Part shown: positions 1-8,216 of the stretch, in pieces
Layout: the number at the start of each line of letters is the position of its first letter
How positions within the stretch are numbered: position 1 is the first letter of the stretch
DNA from: Candidatus Margulisiibacteriota bacterium
Lineage (GTDB): Bacteria; Margulisbacteria; WOR-1; JAKLHX01
Direction: 5' to 3'
Length of the DNA: 64,000 nt
Assembly (NCBI GenBank): GCA_041650595.1
Contig: JBAZKW010000003.1
Coordinates: 44,843-108,842, forward strand
The notes under the pieces: generated by a model
What the model was told of the DNA's origin: nothing
Seen by the model: the letters and a program-made list of their open reading frames with translations, nothing else
Database searches by the model: none
Translations under genes and position numbers: made by a program

Positions 1-680
1 ATATCCCTGTAGTCCAGTTCAAGGTAACTTCACCCGAAGTCGAGCCGCTTTTCTTATGCTTCGACATGACGCTTGCCAATGCGCTGATAAATTCTTCTGT
101 CGGAGGGCAAACGGACCTTGCGCCCGCAAAAAGCCTTACTGAAATTGAAGAAAACATCCTCGAACTGTGCGCTTCAAGCGGAGCCGACAAATTGTTGGGC
201 GGCCTGTCTAAGAACATCGAGGTCAAATATCTGAATTCTCCCAACATATATTTTGACCAGAGCATAGAAGAATCAGCAGTGCTGGTCCTGGGAAGATCAC
301 AGATAAATTTCGGAAAACTGAGCGGCCAAGTCTTTTTGATATCTCATCTGTCGACTGCTCAAGATATACTTTTTAGATCCAAGAACAAAATAGCTGCTCC
401 GGATATAAGCAAGATACCGGTAGCAATAACCGGAAAAATAACAATGCCGGTCTCATCTGTTTTGGGCAGCACTATGATATCGGCAAAAGAGCTTTATGAG
501 CTTGAAGCGGGAGATGTAATAGTGCTTGACTCTTCGATAAACAACCTGCTGCATATCTCAATAGGAGAAGACTTGAATATTCTGGGTCAACCTGGTATAA
601 AGGATGATAGATTGTGCGTACAAATACTGAAAAATGGAAACGGTAAGGTCGAAAAAATAAAACTTTCTGCGGAGGTGTGA
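1..680 (+). CDS. fliM: Flagellar motor switch protein FliM, C-terminal part (5' end outside window)
   Basis: The frame is open from nt 3 with no start in the window. It has a C-terminal FliN/SpoA-like segment (ELEAGDVIVLDSS...LGQPG) and lies directly upstream of fliN. Confidence 0.8.
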   Translation, partial: IPVVQFKVTSPEVEPLFLCFDMTLANALINSSVGGQTDLAPAKSLTEIEENILELCASSGADKLLGGLSKNIEVKYLNSPNIYFDQSIEESAVLVLGRSQINFGKLSGQVFLISHLSTAQDILFRSKNKIAAPDISKIPVAITGKITMPVSSVLGSTMISAKELYELEAGDVIVLDSSINNLLHISIGEDLNILGQPGIKDDRLCVQILKNGNGKVEKIKLSAEV

Positions 681-683
681 GTT

Positions 684-992
684 TTGGGAGAAAATGAAAG
701 CCATGAAGTCGACAGGATAAGGTTTACGGAACTTGATAATTCTGCCGTGGGCCCGAAGATCGACAAGAAATTGCTTGCCGATATCCCCATCGAGGCTACA
801 GTCGAGCTTGGAAGGACAAAACTCACCTTAAGAGAGATAATGGAACTGGCTGAAGGTTCGATAATCAGCCTTGATAAATTTGCCGGGGAGCCTTTGGAAG
901 TTAAAGTCGGGGGACAGACAGTCGCGATCGGAGAAGTGATCGCGGTGGATGATTGCTACGGCATAAGGATTGCCGAGGTAAAAATAAAATGA
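684..992 (+). CDS. fliN: Flagellar motor switch protein FliN
   Basis: 102 aa with a classic FliN core (TVELGRTKLTLREIMELAEGSIISLDK...EPLEVKVGGQTVAIGEVI). TTG start 6 nt after GGAGGTG. Confidence 0.9.
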   Translation: MGENESHEVDRIRFTELDNSAVGPKIDKKLLADIPIEATVELGRTKLTLREIMELAEGSIISLDKFAGEPLEVKVGGQTVAIGEVIAVDDCYGIRIAEVKIK

Positions 993-1366
993 AAAAGCTT
1001 GGTCTGATCATTTTGTTTTTCTCTTTAAAAGTATCCTCTTTCGCGCAAGAGCTCAGGTTCCCTTTCAGTCCGGAGGCCGGCGCCTCGGCTTCACCTGTAT
1101 CGTCGGCAGTAGTTTCGATCGGATATGTAATACAATTGTTCTTTTCTCTGCTCGTAGTACTGGGTTTTTTGTATGTTATCGCAAAATACCTGCTTCCAAA
1201 AATGAAGTTTTCCAGCAAAAGTGAGCACATAATCATCTTTGACAAGCTCGTCGCAGAACCGCAGGTAACGCTTTACATCGTAAAGGCAGCTAAAAAATCC
1301 TGGCTCATTTCGGTAAGCAACAAGAATGTCACATTAATAGACAAATTTGAAGAGGGAACTTTTTAG
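989..1366 (+). CDS. fliO: FliO-like flagellar export protein
   Basis: Small protein with a signal-like N-terminus (MKKLGLIILFF) and one TM helix, sitting between fliN and fliP. The ATG at 989 is preferred over the ORF-track start at 953. Confidence 0.6.
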   Translation: MKKLGLIILFFSLKVSSFAQELRFPFSPEAGASASPVSSAVVSIGYVIQLFFSLLVVLGFLYVIAKYLLPKMKFSSKSEHIIIFDKLVAEPQVTLYIVKAAKKSWLISVSNKNVTLIDKFEEGTF

Positions 1367-1372
1367 CCCCAA

Positions 1373-2113
1373 ATGAAAAAAACTCTTTGCCTGATCTTTG
1401 CTTTTTTCGCCGTTTCCGGCTTGTCTCTGGCTCAAACTGCTCCAATCGGTACTCCTATCAACTTTAATACGGTCTTGGGACCGCAACAGCTAAGCAGCAG
1501 CATGCAGCTTTTGATCTCGTTATCGATAATAACCCTGGTACCCTTCTTTTTAATCTCAACAACTTCGTTTCTCAGGACTGTAATAGTACTTAGTATGATA
1601 AGGATGGCCGTAGGCACTCAACAAACGCCTCCCAATGCCGTAATAATAGGATTGTCCATATTTATGACCATCTTTGTAATGACCCCCGTCTGGCAGGAAA
1701 TTAATACCAAGGCGATCGAGCCTTACAACCAGAAAAAGATATCCCAGGCAAAGGCATTTGAGCTAGGAGCCGAACCTTTGAGAAGATTTATGTTCAGACA
1801 AACTAGAGAAACGGACCTTCGGTTATTCATACAATTTTCCAGGATAAAGGCCCCTACCAAATTCGAAGAAGTTCCGACTTATGTGTTGATACCTGCCTAC
1901 ATGATAAGCGAGCTTAAAACAGCTTTCCAGATAGGCTTCCTCATATTCATCCCTTTTATCGTAATAGATCTTGTGGTTGCCAACATCCTGTTATCTCTCG
2001 GAATGTTCATGCTATCCCCTGTCATGGTATCGTTGCCGTTCAAAATACTTCTTTTTGTGTTGTCCGACGGCTGGAACCTTATATGCCGCGGACTTATGAT
2101 GAGCTTTAGATAA
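1373..2113 (+). CDS. fliP: Flagellar biosynthesis protein FliP
   Basis: 246 aa with conserved FliP blocks (TSFLRTVIVLSMIRMAVGTQQTPPN; ELKTAFQIGFLIFIPFIVIDLVV). Confidence 0.95.
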   Translation: MKKTLCLIFAFFAVSGLSLAQTAPIGTPINFNTVLGPQQLSSSMQLLISLSIITLVPFFLISTTSFLRTVIVLSMIRMAVGTQQTPPNAVIIGLSIFMTIFVMTPVWQEINTKAIEPYNQKKISQAKAFELGAEPLRRFMFRQTRETDLRLFIQFSRIKAPTKFEEVPTYVLIPAYMISELKTAFQIGFLIFIPFIVIDLVVANILLSLGMFMLSPVMVSLPFKILLFVLSDGWNLICRGLMMSFR

Positions 2114-2115
2114 AT

Positions 2116-2385
2116 ATGTCACAAGATTTTGCGACACAAGTAGTTTACACGGGTGTAATGACGTGCCTAACGCTGGCACTGCCGATAGTCGGGCTTGGGC
2201 TTCTTGTCGGATTTGTCATAAGCTTATTTCAGGCAGTCACACAGATACAGGAACAAACGCTTACTTTTGTCCCAAAGATGATAGTCGTCATGGGAGCCAT
2301 AGCTTTTTTATCTCCCTGGATGGCGGCCATACTTGTGGATTATATAACCACACTATGGAGTAACATACCTAATATGGTGAGATGA
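2116..2385 (+). CDS. fliQ: Flagellar biosynthesis protein FliQ
   Basis: 89-aa two-TM protein between fliP and fliR (QAVTQIQEQTLTFVPK). Confidence 0.9.
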   Translation: MSQDFATQVVYTGVMTCLTLALPIVGLGLLVGFVISLFQAVTQIQEQTLTFVPKMIVVMGAIAFLSPWMAAILVDYITTLWSNIPNMVR

Positions 2386-2389
2386 AGCA

Positions 2390-3157
2390 ATGATCCTTAC
2401 GCTTCCTCAAATGCAGGTATTTCTTCTGGTATTTGCCAGGGTAGCGGGAATGTTTATAGAAGCCCCGGTATTCAGTTCCAGGACTTTCCCCGCTACCGGA
2501 AAAGTCGCTATGGCGATCTGGATCGCTAGTGCTATGTGGTTTTCCGCACCTGTAACAATGCTTCCGCCCGATTCATTTGTCTTTATTATCATGCTGCTTA
2601 GCGAGTTTTCCATAGGATTTGCCATAGGTTTTGTGTGCAGTATATTTTTTGAAACCCTTCAGTCCGCCGGGAATCTGATCGACCTGCAGATGGGAACAAG
2701 TATAGCAAGCTCCGTGGACCCAAATACCGGAGCAATGTCCTCAATGATAGGACGGCTTGCTTTTTTCATGGGGCTGGTGGTTTTTTTCATACTCAACGGA
2801 CATCATATGATACTCGCGGGCGTACATCAGAGCTTTACCGTCATGCCGGTGGGCCATTTGATAAATTTTTCATCAAATTTCACTCTGCAGATAATCGAAG
2901 CAGTATCTTCCCTTTTGCTTATAGCCCTTCAGCTGGCGGTCCCGGCACTTCTGATAATTTTTTTATCGGATTTTTCCTTCGGAATAGTCTCAAGGGTCGC
3001 CCCGCAGGTGAACGTCTTTATGCTCGGCTTTCAGGTAAAACCTTCTTTAGGCATACTCGCACTTTTGTTTAGCGCACCGCTTTTGACAAGCCATGTCGGG
3101 ACATTGATAAACCAGATGATACAGGAGATAATAAAACTGTTAGCCAACATTCGATAG
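2390..3157 (+). CDS. fliR: Flagellar biosynthesis protein FliR
   Basis: 255-aa polytopic membrane protein (FLLVFARVAGMF...) in the canonical fliPQR order. Confidence 0.9.
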   Translation: MILTLPQMQVFLLVFARVAGMFIEAPVFSSRTFPATGKVAMAIWIASAMWFSAPVTMLPPDSFVFIIMLLSEFSIGFAIGFVCSIFFETLQSAGNLIDLQMGTSIASSVDPNTGAMSSMIGRLAFFMGLVVFFILNGHHMILAGVHQSFTVMPVGHLINFSSNFTLQIIEAVSSLLLIALQLAVPALLIIFLSDFSFGIVSRVAPQVNVFMLGFQVKPSLGILALLFSAPLLTSHVGTLINQMIQEIIKLLANIR

Positions 3158-3173
3158 GATCAAGGTGCATTAA

Positions 3174-4310
3174 ATGGGAGAACAGTCCGGAGATAAAAGC
3201 GAAGAACCTACTCCTCACCGGCTTAAAGAAGCGCGCGAAAAGGGACAGGTCGTAAAAAGCAAGGAAGTAACTACTGCTTTTTTGCTCATACTTTCTTATG
3301 TTGTACTCAGGTTTATCGGGGGATTCGCTTGGGAGGAGCTTTCTAACATGGTAAGGGCAATATACAGCCTTATCCCAAATATCCAGGACTTCGGCTATGG
3401 CTTTGTCGCGGCCGCCCTTATGATCGCTTTAAGGGCTTTTGCTCTGATACTGACCCCGCTCCTTGGAGCAGTCTTTCTCGCCGCAGTACTGGTGGAAGCA
3501 CTTCAAACGCAGGGGGTTTCTTCAATAGATCCTCTTTCCCCCAAGCTGGAGCGGATAAATCCGATCGAAGGCTTTAAGCGTATGTTCAGCATGCAGGGTA
3601 TATTTGAGTTGATAAAATCCCTCCTGAAGATAATAATAGTTTTTTGGATAACCTGGACCGCCATAAGCAGAGAGCTGCCGTTTGTCATCGGCCTTATCAA
3701 CGCGCATCCTTGGGAAGCGCTTGCTGTCGGGGGCTCGATCGCTTTTAACGTGGCACTCAGAGTATCGATCTTCTACCTGTTCATAGCCGTACTGGATTAT
3801 TTGTACAAAAGGTTTGAATTCATGAAGAACCTGCGGATGACAAAACAGGAGATAAAAGAAGAATATAAAAGGCTTGAAGGAGATCCGCACGTAAAGCAAA
3901 AGATGAGGGACCTCCAGAGAGCCATGTCAAATAACAGGATGATGTCATCCGTTCCGCAGGCGGATGTGGTCGTAACCAATCCTACCCACTTAGCGGTCGC
4001 GATCTCCTATCAGGCCCCCAAGATGAAAGCCCCAAAGCTTTTGGCTAAAGGGCGTTTTGAGATCGCGGAACAGATAAAAGCGATCGCCGAAAAAAATAAT
4101 ATCCCCATAGTTGAGAATGAGGAGCTCGCAAGAGCGATATACCGGTCCGCGAAAATAGGAGAAGAAATGCCCAACGAACTCTATCAGGCAGTTGCGGAAG
4201 TGCTCGCTTTCGTGTATAAATTAAAAAAAGACCGCGTCCGCCGGCGCAAGGAATGGCTTGGTCCTTTAAAAGGGATCAGAGACGATCTCCAGCCGGCAAT
4301 TAGGAGTTAA
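3174..4310 (+). CDS. flhB: Flagellar export switch protein FlhB
   Basis: N-terminal EEPTPHRLKEAREKGQV and the NPTH autocleavage motif (VVTNPTHLAVA). Confidence 0.95.
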   Translation: MGEQSGDKSEEPTPHRLKEAREKGQVVKSKEVTTAFLLILSYVVLRFIGGFAWEELSNMVRAIYSLIPNIQDFGYGFVAAALMIALRAFALILTPLLGAVFLAAVLVEALQTQGVSSIDPLSPKLERINPIEGFKRMFSMQGIFELIKSLLKIIIVFWITWTAISRELPFVIGLINAHPWEALAVGGSIAFNVALRVSIFYLFIAVLDYLYKRFEFMKNLRMTKQEIKEEYKRLEGDPHVKQKMRDLQRAMSNNRMMSSVPQADVVVTNPTHLAVAISYQAPKMKAPKLLAKGRFEIAEQIKAIAEKNNIPIVENEELARAIYRSAKIGEEMPNELYQAVAEVLAFVYKLKKDRVRRRKEWLGPLKGIRDDLQPAIRS

Positions 4311-4315
4311 TAAAA

Positions 4316-6397
4316 GTGGCCGAATCCGGCGGTCTCAAATTATTTAAGAATCTGTTTTCCGTTAATGACCTGGTTTTTGCGGGCCTTCTGGTCATTATAA
4401 TTGCCTTGATCATAGTCCCCCTGCCGCCATTCATCATGGATATTCTCATCGCCGGGAATATCGCGCTCTCTCTGATCGTCCTGCTCGTTTCCATGTTCTT
4501 AAAAGAGCCCCTTGACTTTGCGGCGTTCCCTTCAATGCTTTTGTTCGTCACCCTTTACAGGGTATCCATCAATATAGCTGCTTCGAGACTGATCCTGCTC
4601 AACGCTGACGCAGGGGAAGTAATCGCTTCTTTCGGAAACTTTGTTGTCGCCGGCAATTATATCGTCGGGGGAATTGTATACATTATAATCACGTTGGTGC
4701 AGTTCATTGTCATAACAAAGGGTTCCGAGCGCGTCGCCGAAGTCGCCGCAAGGTTCACATTGGACGCCATGCCCGGCAAGCAGATGTCTATCGACGCGGA
4801 CCTGAATGCGGGATTGATAGACGCCAACGAAGCAAAGGCCAGAAGAAGGAAGATAGAAAGAGAATCTACTTTCTTTGGCGCTATGGACGGTTCCAACAAA
4901 TTCGTAAGAGGCGATTCGATCGCTTCCATCATAATCACTATTGTTAACCTGATCGGCGGCATACTGGTCGGTTGGCTGCAAAGAGGAATGGATGTAATGC
5001 AGGCGGTACAGACTTTTGCGCTGCTTACCATAGGCTGCGGTCTTGTGATACAGATCCCGGCACTGCTCGTATCTATCGCCACCGGTATGGTCATAACAAA
5101 AGCCGCCACGGAAGAAAGTATAGGAACCGATATCTCCAAGGAGCTGTTTGCGCAGCCCAGAGCTTTTGCTTTTGTGGCTCTGATACTCGCGGCTTTTGCT
5201 CTGGTTCCCGGGCTCCCCACCCTGCCGTTCATGACAATAGCCATGGGTGCCGGCTTGATGACAATTTTTGTGCTTAGGGCGCAGCTGAAAAAAGAAGAGG
5301 TCGCGATGGTATCCGAAGAGTCCACCCAAAAAGATGCACTAAAAAAACCTGAAAGTATAATATCCACGCTTGGGCTCGACCCTCTCAGTTTAAAGACCGG
5401 CAGGAATTTGATCCCCATGATAGATCCGGCCAAAAAGGGCCCGTTGCTCGAAAAGATAACCCTTATCCGGTATCACATCGGTCAGGAGCTCGGCTTTGTA
5501 ATACCGGGCGTCAGGGTCATGGACGACCTGAGCCTTCCCCCGAACCAATATGTACTGGAAATAAGAGGAACAAAGGTAGCTACCGGAGAAGTGCTGGCAG
5601 ATCACGTAAAGGTGGATATGACCTCAGAAGAGTTGAAAGAAAAAAATATTTCCGGGATAGACGGCAAAAATCCTATTGATGGAGATATTATCACCTGGGT
5701 GCCTCAAACCGAAAAGCCTAAACTGGAGGAACTGGGAATAGCCTCAACAGACGCGGTCGATGTTATAGGCGACCACTTCAGGGAGACCGTAAAACGCTAC
5801 GCCGACGAAATAATAACCAGGCAAAATGTGCAATCGCTGGTGGAGCTTGTAAAAAACGCGAACGCGGCGATAGTAAGGGAGCTGATCCCTGACATGCTCT
5901 CTCTAGGTCAGGTACACAAGGTCCTTCAGCTGCTGGTAAGAGAGCGTGTTTCGATCAGGGACCTTTCTACCATTATGGAGCGACTGGCGGATTATGCGCA
6001 TCTAAGCCGTGATATTAATATCTTGGCGGAATATGTCAGACAGTCCCTTGCCAGGCAGATATGTGAAAGTTACACCAACAAAGATGACGTGATCACGGTC
6101 ATAACTATAGACCCTAACCTGGAAGAGACCATGATCGGAGCAGTACACCAGTCCGAATACGGTTCTTTTCTCGCACTGGACCCCAGCATCGGAGAAAGGA
6201 TCCTGGGCCAGATCGCGACACAGATCTCCGCTTTTAAAAAGATGAAGCTCGCTTCGGTCATTCTTTGCTCTCCCCGACTCAGGCCCCATTTAAAGAAATT
6301 TATCGAGCGAAGCTTCCCTGATACGGCCGTGCTGTCGTATAACGAAATAGTGCCCCAGGTAAAAGTCCAGTCCATAGGCATGGTATCATTGGACTAA
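4316..6397 (+). CDS. flhA: Flagellar export gate protein FlhA
   Basis: 693 aa with FlhA hallmarks (ERVAEVAARFTLDAMPGKQMSIDADL). GTG start after AGGAG. Confidence 0.95.
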   Translation: MAESGGLKLFKNLFSVNDLVFAGLLVIIIALIIVPLPPFIMDILIAGNIALSLIVLLVSMFLKEPLDFAAFPSMLLFVTLYRVSINIAASRLILLNADAGEVIASFGNFVVAGNYIVGGIVYIIITLVQFIVITKGSERVAEVAARFTLDAMPGKQMSIDADLNAGLIDANEAKARRRKIERESTFFGAMDGSNKFVRGDSIASIIITIVNLIGGILVGWLQRGMDVMQAVQTFALLTIGCGLVIQIPALLVSIATGMVITKAATEESIGTDISKELFAQPRAFAFVALILAAFALVPGLPTLPFMTIAMGAGLMTIFVLRAQLKKEEVAMVSEESTQKDALKKPESIISTLGLDPLSLKTGRNLIPMIDPAKKGPLLEKITLIRYHIGQELGFVIPGVRVMDDLSLPPNQYVLEIRGTKVATGEVLADHVKVDMTSEELKEKNISGIDGKNPIDGDIITWVPQTEKPKLEELGIASTDAVDVIGDHFRETVKRYADEIITRQNVQSLVELVKNANAAIVRELIPDMLSLGQVHKVLQLLVRERVSIRDLSTIMERLADYAHLSRDINILAEYVRQSLARQICESYTNKDDVITVITIDPNLEETMIGAVHQSEYGSFLALDPSIGERILGQIATQISAFKKMKLASVILCSPRLRPHLKKFIERSFPDTAVLSYNEIVPQVKVQSIGMVSLD

Positions 6398-6404
6398 TAA
6401 TAAA

Positions 6405-6812
6405 ATGGAACAGAGAAAGAATCTTAATATTCCCATCAGTGACCCGGTAAGGGACGCGTTTTTAAGAAGTTCCGTGATCCCCGAAAGGCTGTCATTTGAA
6501 AAAGACCGAATAAAAGAGGTCCCGCAGAAAGTTTTGTTCAAGCATGAAGGGGCATCGCAGTTCTGGCAGGAGCTTGAAACGGTCTTGCATCCCAATCTTC
6601 CCGCAAAAGACCTTATTTCCTCCATTGTAAAGACCGCTCTTCTTGTTCAAATGGGAAAATCCTTTACTTTGACACAGGGTTTTGATAAAATGGTTGAGAA
6701 GATCTCTGCCGTAGTAATGGCAGACCCGCTCTTAAGAAGGCAGGCCCTTGCGACAGTGAGCCTTGTGCTTGAAAATAAAAACATTCATGGCGGAAATATA
6801 AAAAATGGTTGA
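6405..6812 (+). CDS. Hypothetical small protein, paralog of 33448-33783
   Basis: 135-aa ORF starting 7 nt after flhA. Its C-terminal half aligns by eye with the ORF at 33448 (IVKTALLVQMGKS...MVEKISAVVMADPLLRRQAL versus MVKAALASEFGSS...MVKSISGSILADGELRRQAL). Confidence 0.6.
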   Translation: MEQRKNLNIPISDPVRDAFLRSSVIPERLSFEKDRIKEVPQKVLFKHEGASQFWQELETVLHPNLPAKDLISSIVKTALLVQMGKSFTLTQGFDKMVEKISAVVMADPLLRRQALATVSLVLENKNIHGGNIKNG

Positions 6813-7014
6813 ATCCGGAAGGATTTCTTCTCTAAATTCAAAAGTAAAGGTGACAGGCGCTCTTACAAGCGGCGCCGTAAAAGGCGTGCCTCCCGCTTTC
6901 CAAAGATTTTATAAATTCTCAAAAGACATGGCAATGAAGTTTTGCCGCCATCTGCAAAAAGACCGCACCGACGAACTGGTTGATGCGGTGATCAAGGAGA
7001 TGAAAAATGGCTGA
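6805..7014 (+). CDS. Hypothetical 69-aa protein, translationally coupled on both sides
   Basis: Its ATG overlaps the upstream stop (AATGGTTGA) and its stop overlaps the sigma-factor ATG (AATGGCTGA). No recognisable domain. Confidence 0.45.
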   Translation: MVESGRISSLNSKVKVTGALTSGAVKGVPPAFQRFYKFSKDMAMKFCRHLQKDRTDELVDAVIKEMKNG

Positions 7015-7585
7015 CCGCGACACCGAAGACCGGATCGTCGTCATTTTGCGCAAACACTTCATGAAATACTCCGATGAAGTACTGCAAAAATACAAAAATC
7101 AGATCGATGCTACCGTAAAATGGTATATCAACAACCTGCCTACCGCGGTTGCCGCCAGGGAAGCCGAAGACCTGACTTCGGAAGCCAAAATGGCTTTTGT
7201 AGACGCTCTAAAAGGATGGGACCCCCGCAAAGGGGACCTTTGGCCGTATGTAAGCATCCGTCTCAAAGGATCGATGCAGGATTATTTGAGAAAAAGAGGC
7301 ACAGACCCTGTCACCGGCATATACGAGTGGGTGACCCAGACGGCAAATGTATATCTTGCCTTCAACAAAGAGGTCGCCGTGACCGAGACCACAGAACTGG
7401 CCACACAGATAGACAGCGCGATGAAAGACCTGGATGAGAACGAACGAAAAGTGATCATTGGTTATTATCAGGACGACAAGACTTTCAAGGATATCGGCAA
7501 GGAAATCGGATTGTCAGAATCCCAGACCAGCAGGATCTGTAAAACAGCCACGCAAAAGCTCAAAAAGCTCCTATTTAAAGAATAA
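7007..7585 (+). CDS. Sigma-70 family sigma factor, FliA/sigma-28-like by context
   Basis: Region 2-like block (AFVDALKGWDPRKGDLWPYVSIRLKGSMQDYLRK) and a region 4 HTH (TFKDIGKEIGLSESQTSRICKTATQKLKK). It ends the flagellar operon. At 192 aa it is short. Confidence 0.75.
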   Translation: MADRDTEDRIVVILRKHFMKYSDEVLQKYKNQIDATVKWYINNLPTAVAAREAEDLTSEAKMAFVDALKGWDPRKGDLWPYVSIRLKGSMQDYLRKRGTDPVTGIYEWVTQTANVYLAFNKEVAVTETTELATQIDSAMKDLDENERKVIIGYYQDDKTFKDIGKEIGLSESQTSRICKTATQKLKKLLFKE

Positions 7586-7660
7586 GCCCCTTCCTTCACA
7601 ACTTCCACTCAAGTGGTTTCATTATTATGGACTTTTGTTGTAAAATGTAATTATCTAGAT

Positions 7661-7731
7661 GCGGGATTAGTTGACCGGTTCAATGTCAGCTTCCCAAGCT
7701 GAAGAAATGGGTTCGACTCCCATATCCCGCT
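7661..7731 (+). tRNA. tRNA-Gly (CCC)
   Basis: Manual cloverleaf: acceptor GCGGGAT/ATCCCGC, anticodon arm TCAGC-TTCCCAA-GCTGA, T arm ATGGG-TTCGACT-CCCAT. No encoded CCA. Confidence 0.85.
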
Positions 7732-7743
7732 CGTTAGTATAGG

Positions 7744-7795
7744 ATGGATTGCGGGTTCAAACCTGCCTGCCGGCAGGCAGGTCCCATCGCCCGCT
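7744..7795 (+). pseudogene. Decayed tRNA 3' fragment (tRNA-Gly-like T arm and acceptor) with a 20-nt palindrome in the T-loop
   Basis: The sequence ...GCGGGTTCAAA[CCTGCCTGCCGGCAGGCAGG]TCCCATCGCCCGCT resembles the tRNA-Gly 3' end (GGGTTCGACTCCCATATCCCGCT). Confidence 0.5.
7762..7781. repeat. Palindrome family A (CCTGCCTGCCGGCAGGCAGG), copy 1
   Basis: Perfect 20-nt palindrome, identical to the copies at 28744 and 35549. Confidence 0.95.
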
Positions 7796-7800
7796 TATTT

Positions 7801-7874
7801 GCGCGTTTAGCTCAGTTGGTTAGAGTACTTGCTTGACAGGCAAGGGGTCACTGGTTCGAACCCAGTAACGCGCA
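7801..7874 (+). tRNA. tRNA-Val (GAC)
   Basis: Acceptor GCGCGTT/AACGCGC, anticodon arm CTTGC-TTGACAG-GCAAG, T arm ACTGG-TTCGAAC-CCAGT. Confidence 0.9.
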
Positions 7875-7947
7875 TTGAAAGAAGTGAAATGCGCCAACAC
7901 CGCGAACGCGGGGGTGTTTTGCGCAAGCAAAAAGGTTGCTGGGTGCT

Positions 7948-8018
7948 GGCGGCATGGCCGAGTGGTCAGGCAGCGGTCTGCAAAACCGTTCACCTCAGTT
8001 CGATTCTGAGTGCCGCCT
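7948..8018 (+). tRNA. tRNA-Cys (GCA)
   Basis: Acceptor GGCGGCA/TGCCGCC, anticodon arm GCGGT-CTGCAAA-ACCGT, T arm CTCAG-TTCGATT-CTGAG. Confidence 0.9.
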
Positions 8019-8035
8019 AATTTCATAATTACTTG

Positions 8036-8089
8036 GTAAGGGAGTGGTCTGCAACCCCGACGAAGTCTGGGCGAATCTGGTCATCGCCT
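8036..8089 (+). pseudogene. Decayed tRNA-Cys-like fragment
   Basis: It shares GAGTGGTC and TGCAA with tRNA-Cys and has a degraded T arm and acceptor (GGGCGAATCTGGTCATCGCCT). It does not fold as a cloverleaf. Confidence 0.4.
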
Positions 8090-8092
8090 TAT

Positions 8093-8135
8093 TTGACAGG
8101 CAAGGGGTCACTGGTTCCAACCCAGTAATGTGTAC
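8093..8135 (+). pseudogene. Degenerate copy of the 3' half of tRNA-Val
   Basis: TTGACAGGCAAGGGGTCACTGGTTCcAACCCAGTAAtGtGtA matches 7833-7874 with 4 mismatches, running from the anticodon loop to the 3' end. Confidence 0.75.
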
Positions 8136-8216
8136 TATTTTTTGTTGTAGTTAAGAAGGAAATATAAAACGGAATTTTCTTCTTTTTCATTTATTGGGAA
8201 TTCTTCTAAGAATACT

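Noticed and set aside
4532-5433. Long antisense ORFs (265 and 258 aa) inside flhA
   Set aside because: They are shadow ORFs opposite a strongly conserved gene. The same reasoning applies to 11332-11922 (antisense to the SDR gene), 39675-40319 (trpB), 40996-41787 (leuS), 45288-45839 (gdhA), 55061-55711 (glnN), 29276-30369 (GH57-like) and similar track entries.
7820-8026. ORFs of 63-68 aa on both strands across the tRNA-Val/tRNA-Cys region
   Set aside because: They overlap well-folding tRNA genes. They have no start context and no coding signal.
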